Part shown: positions 16,722-23,768 of the stretch, piece after piece
Position numbering within the stretch: position 1 is the first letter of the stretch
Layout of the letters: every line of letters starts with the position of its first letter
NCBI RefSeq assembly: GCF_001598795.1
Contig: NZ_BCZP01000002.1
Location: 120,001-152,000, forward strand
Length of the DNA stretch: 32,000 nt
Source: Delftia acidovorans NBRC 14950
Lineage (GTDB): Bacteria; Pseudomonadota; Gammaproteobacteria; Burkholderiales; Burkholderiaceae_C
Direction: 5' to 3'
Translations under genes and position numbers: made by a program
The notes under the pieces: model-generated
The model's input: only the letters and a program-made list of their open reading frames with translations
Told to the model about the DNA's origin: nothing
Databases searched by the model: none

Positions 16722-17399
16722 ATGCCCGACGACGAACTGCTGCTGCGCCTGCGGCGCTTCCACGAGCACGCCTTCCCGCAGTACCGCGCGCAGTTCCGCA
16801 CCCTGGTCGAAGAGGGCCAGCACCCGACCACGCTGTTCATCGGCTGCTCGGACTCGCGCCTCGTGCCCTACCTGCTCACGGGGGCACCGCCGGGCGAGCT
16901 GTTCCTGGTGCGCAACGTGGGCGCCTTCGTGCCGCCGTACGACGGATCGCACGGCCACCACGGCACGGCGGCGGCCATCGAATTCGCCGTGCTCAACCTG
17001 CAGGTCAGCCGCATCGTGGTCTGCGGCCACAGCCACTGCGGGGCCATCAAGGCCCTGTATGGAGAAGTCTCGCCCGAGGCGCGCAACCTGCAGCGCTGGC
17101 TGGACCTGGGCCGCGAGGCCGTGCTGCCCGTGCAGGCCGGCCCCGAGGCGCTGCGCCGCACCGAGCAGCGCGCCGTCGTGCTGCAGCTCGAACGGCTGAT
17201 GGACTATCCCATGGTGCGATCGCGGGTAGAGGCCGGGCAGCTCAGCCTGCACGGATGGCACTATGTCATCGAAGACGGCGAAGTCCATGTCTTCGATGTC
17301 CAGACCGGCCGCTTTGTTGCGGCATCTCAAGCTCCGCACAGCGGCACCGGGCCGTACCCGCCCTACGTGGAGCATGATGGACAAGTGCTTGTCGACTGA
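16722..17399 (+). CDS. Beta-class carbonic anhydrase
   Basis: About 225 aa. The zinc-ligand motifs are FIGCSDSRLVP and CGHSHCGAIKAL. The start is taken as ATG 16722, with an in-frame GTG at 16716 as an alternative. The gap after the PPIase gene is 14 nt. Confidence 0.88.
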   Translation: MPDDELLLRLRRFHEHAFPQYRAQFRTLVEEGQHPTTLFIGCSDSRLVPYLLTGAPPGELFLVRNVGAFVPPYDGSHGHHGTAAAIEFAVLNLQVSRIVVCGHSHCGAIKALYGEVSPEARNLQRWLDLGREAVLPVQAGPEALRRTEQRAVVLQLERLMDYPMVRSRVEAGQLSLHGWHYVIEDGEVHVFDVQTGRFVAASQAPHSGTGPYPPYVEHDGQVLVD

Positions 17400-17448
17400 G
17401 GCCCGAGCAAGTGCCAGGGACGGCGGCAGGCAAGTCAACACGGGAGCC

Positions 17449-19899
17449 ATGCCAATGCATCGCGAAAACCTGGGCCGCGCGCAGGACGCGGCGGATCTGC
17501 AGCCCATCAGCCTCGATGTGCTGCGCGAGAAATACCTCAAGAACGGCGAGACCGGCGTGGGCGAGCTCTACGCCCGCGTGGCCCGCGCCCTGGCCTCGGT
17601 CGAGCCCGAGGCGCGCCGCGCCGAATGCGAGGCCCTGTTCCTGGCCAACCTGCAGGCCGGCGCCATAGGCGCGGGGCGCATCATGAGCGCGGCCGGCACC
17701 GACCTGCAGGCCACGCTGATCAACTGCTTCGTACAGCCCGTGGGCGACTGCATCCAGGGCGTGGACGACGGCGGCTACCCCGGCATCTATGAAGCCCTGC
17801 GCGAAGCCGCCGAAACCATGCGCCGTGGCGGCGGCGTGGGCTACGACTTCTCGCGCATCCGCCCCCGTGGCGCCGAGGTGCGCGCCACCGCCTCGCTGGC
17901 CTCGGGCCCGTGCAGCTACATCAACGTCTTCGACCAGTCCTGCGCCACCGTGGAAAGCGCGGGCGCGCGGCGCGGTGCCCAGATGGGCGTGCTGCGCATC
18001 GACCACCCCGACGTGCTCGAATTCATCACCGCCAAGCGCACGCCGGGCCGCTGGAACAACTTCAACGTCTCGGTCGGCGTCAGCGACGCCTTCATGCAGG
18101 CCGTGGCCGAAGACCAGCCCTGGCACCTGGTGCACCGCGCCCGCCCCGGCACCGCCCTGCTGGAGCAGGGTGCCCACCAGCGCGCCGACGGCCAGTGGGT
18201 CTACCAGACCCTGCCCGCCCGCACGCTGTGGGACACCATCATGCGCTCGGCCTACGACTTCGCCGAGCCCGGCATCCTCTTTCTGGACCACATCAACGAC
18301 GACAACAACCTGCGCTACTGCGAGGAGATCGCGGCGACGAATCCTTGCGGTGAAGAACCCTTGCCGCCCTACGGCTGCTGCGACCTCGGCCCCGTCATCC
18401 TCACGCGCTTCGTGCGCCATCCGTTCGGCTTCGCGGGCGAGCCTGTGTTCGACTTCGAGGCCTTCGAGCACGCCGTGGCCGTGCAGGTGCGTGCGCTGGA
18501 CAACGTGCTGGAGCTGACCTGGTGGCCGCTGCCGCAGCAGCGCGAGGAAAGCGAGGCCAAGCGGCGCATCGGCGTGGGCTTCACGGGCATGGGCAATGCG
18601 CTGGCCATGCTGCGCCTGCGCTACGACGCGCCCGAGGGCCGGGCCATGGCCGCGCGCATTGCCGAGCGCATGCGCGATGCGGCCTATGGCGCCTCGGTGG
18701 AGCTGGCGCGCGAGAAGGGGGCCTTCCCCAAGTTCGACGCCGATGGCTACCTGGCCGAAGGCACCTTCGCCAGCCGCCTGCCCGAGGCGCTGCGCCAGCG
18801 CATACGCACGCACGGCATACGCAACAGCCACCTGCTGTCCATCGCGCCCACGGGCACGGTCAGCCTGGCCTTTGCCGACAACGCCTCCAACGGCATAGAG
18901 CCGCCGTTCTCCTGGACCTACAAGCGCAAGAAACGCACGGCCGATGGTGGCAGCGCCGAGTACGCGGTCGAGGACCATGCCTGGCGCCTGTACCGCTCGC
19001 TGGGCGGCGACGTGCAGCAGCTGCCCGAGTACTTCGTCAGCGCGCTGCAGATGCCTGCGGCCGGCCACATCGCCATGATGCAGGCCGTGCAGCCCTTCGT
19101 GGACACGGCGATCTCCAAGACCGTCAACGTGGCCGCCGACTATCCCTACGAGGACTTCAAGGACCTGTACCGCCAGGCCTGGAAGGCCGGCCTCAAGGGC
19201 CTGGCCACCTACCGGCCCAACACCATCCTGGGCGCTGTGCTCGAAACCCATGCGCCTGAATCTGCTGAAAAGCCGGCCTCCCCCGCGCCGGCGGGAGCGG
19301 CGGCTTCCGCACCCGACCCGCTGCGCACCGTGATAGAAAGCCGCCCGCAGGGCGCGCTGGACGCCGTGGCCGAGAAGATCGAGTACTGGACCCAGCAAGG
19401 CCCCAAGCGCCTGTACCTGGTCGTCTCCTTCCTGCCCGTGGTCCTGCCCGATGGCCGCACGGTGGACCGCGCCATCGAATTCTTCATGCCCGTGGGCCAG
19501 AGCGGCGAATCCCAACAATGGGTGACCTCCAGCATGCGCCTGCTGTCACTGGCCGCGCGCGGCGGCTTCCTGGAGCGCGCCCTCAGCGACATGCGCAAGG
19601 TGGCCTGGGACCGGGGTCCCGTGCGCCTGGGCACCCACCAGCGCGACGACGGCACGCGCGTGCCCATGTGGCACGACTCCGAGGTGGCCGCCATCGCCTA
19701 TGCGGTGCAGAACATCCTGGCCCGGCGCGGCAGCGGCGCACCGCCCGCCCCATCGCCGCTGCCCGAGCCCGAGGCTCTGGCCACCGACCCCATGGTCATG
19801 GCCGGCCGCAAATGCGAGGAATGCGGCGCCCATGCCGTGATCCGCAAGGACGGCTGCGAGTACTGCACGGCCTGCGGCCATCTGGGGAGTTGCGGGTGA
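17449..19899 (+). CDS. nrdJ: Class II (adenosylcobalamin-dependent) ribonucleotide reductase NrdJ, single-chain form with a C-terminal Cys-rich tail
   Basis: 816 aa from ATG 17449, with the SD GGGAG upstream. The N-terminus ISLDVLREKYLKNGE is typical of NrdJ. The active-site motif is NPCGEEPLPPYGCCDLG, and SIAPTGTVS is also present. The C-terminal tail reads CEECGAHAVIRKDGCEYCTACGHLGSCG. The ORF extension back to 17263 overlaps the carbonic anhydrase gene and was not used. Confidence 0.93.
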   Translation: MPMHRENLGRAQDAADLQPISLDVLREKYLKNGETGVGELYARVARALASVEPEARRAECEALFLANLQAGAIGAGRIMSAAGTDLQATLINCFVQPVGDCIQGVDDGGYPGIYEALREAAETMRRGGGVGYDFSRIRPRGAEVRATASLASGPCSYINVFDQSCATVESAGARRGAQMGVLRIDHPDVLEFITAKRTPGRWNNFNVSVGVSDAFMQAVAEDQPWHLVHRARPGTALLEQGAHQRADGQWVYQTLPARTLWDTIMRSAYDFAEPGILFLDHINDDNNLRYCEEIAATNPCGEEPLPPYGCCDLGPVILTRFVRHPFGFAGEPVFDFEAFEHAVAVQVRALDNVLELTWWPLPQQREESEAKRRIGVGFTGMGNALAMLRLRYDAPEGRAMAARIAERMRDAAYGASVELAREKGAFPKFDADGYLAEGTFASRLPEALRQRIRTHGIRNSHLLSIAPTGTVSLAFADNASNGIEPPFSWTYKRKKRTADGGSAEYAVEDHAWRLYRSLGGDVQQLPEYFVSALQMPAAGHIAMMQAVQPFVDTAISKTVNVAADYPYEDFKDLYRQAWKAGLKGLATYRPNTILGAVLETHAPESAEKPASPAPAGAAASAPDPLRTVIESRPQGALDAVAEKIEYWTQQGPKRLYLVVSFLPVVLPDGRTVDRAIEFFMPVGQSGESQQWVTSSMRLLSLAARGGFLERALSDMRKVAWDRGPVRLGTHQRDDGTRVPMWHDSEVAAIAYAVQNILARRGSGAPPAPSPLPEPEALATDPMVMAGRKCEECGAHAVIRKDGCEYCTACGHLGSCG

Positions 19900-20474
19900 A
19901 AGTTACCGTGGCCCCGCGCCCGCAGGGCGATGCCGTGCCCGGCTGGCGCGCGCCCGGCACGGGCTTCGACCAGCCCTTCGAGATGCTCGAAGCCTGCCAC
20001 GAGCGCGTGCTGCGCATGCTGGCGCTGCTGGACCGGCTGCGCGTGCATCTCCAGACCAAGGGCTGCGACGACAGCGCACGCCAGGCGGCGCGCGACATCC
20101 TGCGCTACTTCGACCAGGCGGCGCCGCTGCACCATGAGGATGAGGAGCTGCATGTCTTCCCGCCGCTGCTGGAGCAGGGCGATGCGCAGACCGTGGCCCT
20201 GGTGCAGCGCCTGCAGCGCGAGCACGGCCTGATGAGCGCCGACTGGGCGCTGGCGCGCCAGCCGCTGCTGGACATGGCTGAGGGGCAGTCCCAGGGCTTT
20301 GGCGCGGCTGACGAGGCGGTGTTCGAACGCTTCGCGGCCTGCTATGCCAGCCATGTCGAGAATGAAGAGCGGCTGGCCTACCCGCAGGCGCGCGGCCTGC
20401 TGCCAGAGGCAACGCAGGCGGCCATGGGCCGTGAGATGGCCGTGCGCCGGGGCGCGGACCTGTCACGGAGATAG
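19896..20474 (+). CDS. Hemerythrin (HHE cation-binding) domain protein
   Basis: About 192 aa. The metal-ligand pattern comprises CHERV, LHHEDEELHVFP, REHGLM and SHVENEE. The proposed GTG start at 19896 overlaps the nrdJ TGA (GTGA), with GGGGAG 6 nt upstream. Third-position GC is strong from 19896 onward, which supports the early start. An ATG at about 19981 is a shorter alternative. Confidence 0.75.
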   Translation: MKVTVAPRPQGDAVPGWRAPGTGFDQPFEMLEACHERVLRMLALLDRLRVHLQTKGCDDSARQAARDILRYFDQAAPLHHEDEELHVFPPLLEQGDAQTVALVQRLQREHGLMSADWALARQPLLDMAEGQSQGFGAADEAVFERFAACYASHVENEERLAYPQARGLLPEATQAAMGREMAVRRGADLSRR

Positions 20475-20546
20475 CGCCGCCGGCAGCGCGCGGGAGCCGG
20501 CGCGGCGATACTCGCAGGCTTTGGACCTGCCCCTGCCTCGCCTGCC

Positions 20547-21641
20547 ATGCCCGAGCGCCGCCACATTTTCCTGCTTCGCATCGCACTGACCCTGCTGGGC
20601 GCCTTTGCCGCCGCCCAGCTGTGCCTGTGGCTGCGCACGCCGCTGCCCTGGATGCTGGGGCCGCTGATCGCTACCTCGCTGGCCTCCATCCTGGGCGCGC
20701 CCACGGCCAGCGCGGGCCGGCTGCGCAACGGCGGGCAGTGGATCATCGGCGCCTCGCTGGGCCTGTATTTCACGCCGGCCGTGGTGCAGTTGATCGCGGG
20801 GCTGTGGTGGGCGATCGCCGTGGCCATCGTCTGGGCGCTGCTGCTGGGCTGGGGCTTCGGCGCCTGGCTGTACCGCGTGCATGCGCCGCGCATGCCGCAG
20901 ATACCGGCTGGCGAGATGCGCGCCACCACCTACTTCGCGGGCGCCATTGGCGCGGCGTCGGAGATGACGCTGCTGGCCGAGCGCGAGAACGCGCGCACCG
21001 ATCTGGTGGCGGCCAGCCACAGCCTGCGCCTGGTCATCGTCACCGTGAGCATTCCGTTTGCGCTGCAGTGGAGCGGCCTGCACGGGCTGGAGGGGCTGAC
21101 GCCGCCCAGCATCCGCATCGTCGAATGGCCGGGGCTGGCGCTGCTGGCCGTGCTCACGGGCCTGGGCGCCTGGGCCATGGACCGGCTCAAGCGTGCCAAC
21201 CCCTGGTTCCTGGGCGCGCTGCTGGTGTCCATGCTGCTGACCATGTGCGGCCAGGAACTGTCGGCCGTGCCCCAGGCCCTGGTCAATGCGGCGCAGCTGG
21301 TGATCGGCATCAGCCTGGGCGTGCGCTTCAAGCGCGAATTCCTGCACACCGCGCCGCGCTGGCTGGGCTCCGTGGCCGTGGGCACCGTGGGGCTCATGGC
21401 GATCTGCGCGGGCTTTGCCTGGCTGCTGCACCTGGCCGTGGACCTGCCCTGGGTCACGCTGCTGCTGGGCACCTCGCCGGGCGGCATCACCGAGATGGCC
21501 ATCACCGCCAAGGTGCTGCAACTGGGCGTGCCCGTGGTCACGGCCTTCCAGGTCTGCCGGTTGATCGCCGTGCTGCTGCTGGTGGCGCCGCTGTTCCGCT
21601 GGGTGGAGGCGCGCGGGCCGGCCGCGTCGCGCACGGCCTAG
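20547..21641 (+). CDS. AbrB-family (duplicated AbrB/AidB-regulator-like) integral membrane protein
   Basis: 364 aa, polytopic and internally duplicated. The family-typical motif is LLLGTSPGGITEMAITAKVLQLGVPVVTAFQVCRL. Confidence 0.7.
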   Translation: MPERRHIFLLRIALTLLGAFAAAQLCLWLRTPLPWMLGPLIATSLASILGAPTASAGRLRNGGQWIIGASLGLYFTPAVVQLIAGLWWAIAVAIVWALLLGWGFGAWLYRVHAPRMPQIPAGEMRATTYFAGAIGAASEMTLLAERENARTDLVAASHSLRLVIVTVSIPFALQWSGLHGLEGLTPPSIRIVEWPGLALLAVLTGLGAWAMDRLKRANPWFLGALLVSMLLTMCGQELSAVPQALVNAAQLVIGISLGVRFKREFLHTAPRWLGSVAVGTVGLMAICAGFAWLLHLAVDLPWVTLLLGTSPGGITEMAITAKVLQLGVPVVTAFQVCRLIAVLLLVAPLFRWVEARGPAASRTA

Positions 21642-21649
21642 GGCCCACC

Positions 21650-22216
21650 TCACCACAGCCCACTGTCGCTGGTAGACACCGCAATCGCACCACCGGCCAG
21701 CGCCTGCTGGACCTGGTCCTGGCTGCAGACGAAGCCCGAGGCCACCAGGGGCGGCAGGATGCGGCGCTCGGCCTCGGTGATGTGGGCCAGCATGGGGGCG
21801 GGCATGATCTGCACGAGGTTGGGGTCGCTCTGCTCCACGGCCTTGATGCTGCGCGGCCAGGTGGAGCGGTCGGTGACGAAGACCTTTTGCATGGTCAGCA
21901 GCCCGGCCTTGTTGGCGCGCTGGATGGTGGCCACGCGCGTGGACAGCAGGCTGCTGGCGCCCAGGTCCACAAGGTAGTCCACGCCGCCCTTGTCGGGCGA
22001 GATGCCGTCGCAGCTGTCGATGTTGACGATGGCGATCTTGCCCGCCCCGGTGATGGTGGAGATCACCGAGCGCAGCCGGCGCAGTTCGATGTTGGCGACG
22101 ATGGCGACTTCGGCCTGGCTGGCCAGCAGCGCGTCCATCTGCTCGGCTCCGTACAGGGTTGCGATGACGGGGCGGCGCGCCAGCCGCGCGCCCAGGGAGT
22201 TGTCCGGGCGGCCCAT
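21650..22216 (-). CDS. glpP: GlpP-family protein (glycerol-3-phosphate-responsive antiterminator family, PF04309-like)
   Basis: 188 aa from ATG 22216. It is collinear with B. subtilis GlpP recalled from memory, including the C-terminal GFVCSQDQVQQALAGGAIAVSTSDSGLW versus [28 protein letters not shown]. It is the last gene of the operon. Confidence 0.8.
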   Translation of the reverse strand: MGRPDNSLGARLARRPVIATLYGAEQMDALLASQAEVAIVANIELRRLRSVISTITGAGKIAIVNIDSCDGISPDKGGVDYLVDLGASSLLSTRVATIQRANKAGLLTMQKVFVTDRSTWPRSIKAVEQSDPNLVQIMPAPMLAHITEAERRILPPLVASGFVCSQDQVQQALAGGAIAVSTSDSGLW

Positions 22217-22217
22217 G

Positions 22218-23768
22218 TCAGAGGTCCAGCCCCAGCTTGCCGGGGTTGAGCAGGTTCTTGGGGTCCAGCATGCGCTTGGTGGCCTCCAGCAGGGCAAAGG
22301 CCGGGCCCAGCGATTGCCGCATGTAGGGCGCGCGCAGCAGGCCCACGCCGTGGTGGTGGCTGAGCGTGGCGCTGTGGCGCAGCAGCACGGCGTTGGCCGC
22401 GTCCCAGGCCGCGCGGTACCACTGGGCGCGCTGGTCCACGGCCACCTCGCCGCGCAGCGAAAAGTACAGGCAGGCGCCATCCACATAGGCATGCGACTGG
22501 TGGGCCGAGCCGGCCAGGGTGCCGGGGATGGCCTGCAGGGCGGCGACCACTTCCTCGTAGATGGCCGGCAGGTCTTTCCAGGGGCCGCACATCTCCAGCG
22601 TGTCGGCGACGAAGCCCGGGCCTTTCTTGAAGCCCTCGGCGCTCTTGCCGGTCAGGTAGCGCGTGTCCAGCCAGCGCTCCAGGGTGGCGGCGCCGTCCAG
22701 CCGTTCACCCAAGGGTGCACACACACGTTCGCAGATGGCCATGACGGCATCGACGATCTCGGGCGCGCCTTCGTCGGCGATCAGCAGCACGTTGAGGTCG
22801 CTGCGGCCGAATTGCACGCCGCTTTCCAGCGCGTCGTACAGCCGCAGTGCGGCGGGGTTGGCGCCTTGCTGCAGGATCTGGCGGCAGGCCTCCAGGCCCT
22901 GGGCAAAGCTGGCAAAGCCATAGGCGATGGCGCGGCCGTGGTCGGGCAGGCGGTGCAGCTTGAAGCGGATGCGCACGATCACGCCCAGCGTGCCTTCCGA
23001 GCCGATGAACAGCTGCTGCAGGTCCGGCCCGATGGCCGCGCGCGCATAGCCGCCTACGGTGACGAGGCGGCCATCGGCCAGCACCACGTCCATGCCGTGG
23101 ACCATGTCCTCGATCTTTCCGTAGCGCGTGGACAGCTGGCCCGCGCCCCGGCAGGCCACCCAGCCGCCCACGGTGCTGATGCCGAAGGACGAGGGCCAGT
23201 GGCCCATGGTCATGCCGTGGCGGCGCTGGATGGTTTCCTCGAACACGTCGCCGAACATGCCGGCCTCGACCTCGACGATCTGGCTTTGCTCGTCCATGGC
23301 GATGAAGCGGTTGAGTTCGCACAGGTCCAGCACGATGCCGCCGCGCAGGGGCAGGGCCGCGCCCGTGACGTTGCTGCGCCCGGCCGAGACGGTGACGGGA
23401 ATGGCGTGCGCGTCGGCAATGCGCATCACGGCCTGCACCTGCTCCACGGTGGATGCATGGGCGATGACGGCCTGCGGCGTGGCCGGGTGGCCCGAGGTCT
23501 CGGCCACCATGGTGCGCGCCCACCAGTCGCGCGTGCCGGCGACGATGTCGGCGCGCTCGGTCTGCACGCGGTCGCAGGCGGCGCGCAGCGCGGCGAGCGC
23601 GGCCTCGGGCACGGCCACGGGTTCGTGCTGCAGGCCGCAGGCAGGACCTTCGGAGGCAGTGCGGTCGGCTGCAGGTGCGGCCTGCGCTGCCCAGCCCGGT
23701 GTCGTGGGGGCGCCCACCACGTAGTTGCGGCGGTTGTAGCCGCGGGCGATTGCGTCTTTGCTCAGCAT
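22218..23768 (-). CDS. FAD-linked oxidase (VAO/PCMH-type, GlcD / alkyl-dihydroxyacetone-phosphate-synthase-like)
   Basis: 516 aa. The FAD-binding region reads AIPVTVSAGRSNVTGAALPLRGGIVLDL. The segment HWPSSFGISTVGGWVACRGAGQLSTRYGKIEDMV resembles the AGPS/GlcD family core. Its start overlaps the glpD stop by 7 nt (ATGCTGA). Confidence 0.8.
   Translation of the reverse strand: MLSKDAIARGYNRRNYVVGAPTTPGWAAQAAPAADRTASEGPACGLQHEPVAVPEAALAALRAACDRVQTERADIVAGTRDWWARTMVAETSGHPATPQAVIAHASTVEQVQAVMRIADAHAIPVTVSAGRSNVTGAALPLRGGIVLDLCELNRFIAMDEQSQIVEVEAGMFGDVFEETIQRRHGMTMGHWPSSFGISTVGGWVACRGAGQLSTRYGKIEDMVHGMDVVLADGRLVTVGGYARAAIGPDLQQLFIGSEGTLGVIVRIRFKLHRLPDHGRAIAYGFASFAQGLEACRQILQQGANPAALRLYDALESGVQFGRSDLNVLLIADEGAPEIVDAVMAICERVCAPLGERLDGAATLERWLDTRYLTGKSAEGFKKGPGFVADTLEMCGPWKDLPAIYEEVVAALQAIPGTLAGSAHQSHAYVDGACLYFSLRGEVAVDQRAQWYRAAWDAANAVLLRHSATLSHHHGVGLLRAPYMRQSLGPAFALLEATKRMLDPKNLLNPGKLGLDL

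Noticed and set aside
17263-17448. An upstream extension of the nrdJ ORF, giving an 878-aa version.
   Set aside because: The extension overlaps the last 137 nt of the carbonic anhydrase gene. The conserved NrdJ N-terminus (ISLDVLREKY) begins shortly after ATG 17449, which has a GGGAG SD.
17400-17448. A search for a cobalamin riboswitch or NrdR box upstream of nrdJ.
   Set aside because: The spacer is only 49 nt, too short for a B12 riboswitch. No AT-rich NrdR-type palindrome is visible.
20475-20507. A GC-rich imperfect hairpin after the hemerythrin stop (CGCCGCCGGC ... GCCGGCGCGGCG), considered as a terminator for the nar-nrdJ block.
   Set aside because: The stem needs a 2-nt bulge and there is no T-tract downstream (ATACTCGC). 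It cannot be distinguished from chance GC-rich complementarity, although Rho-dependent or non-canonical termination here is still possible.
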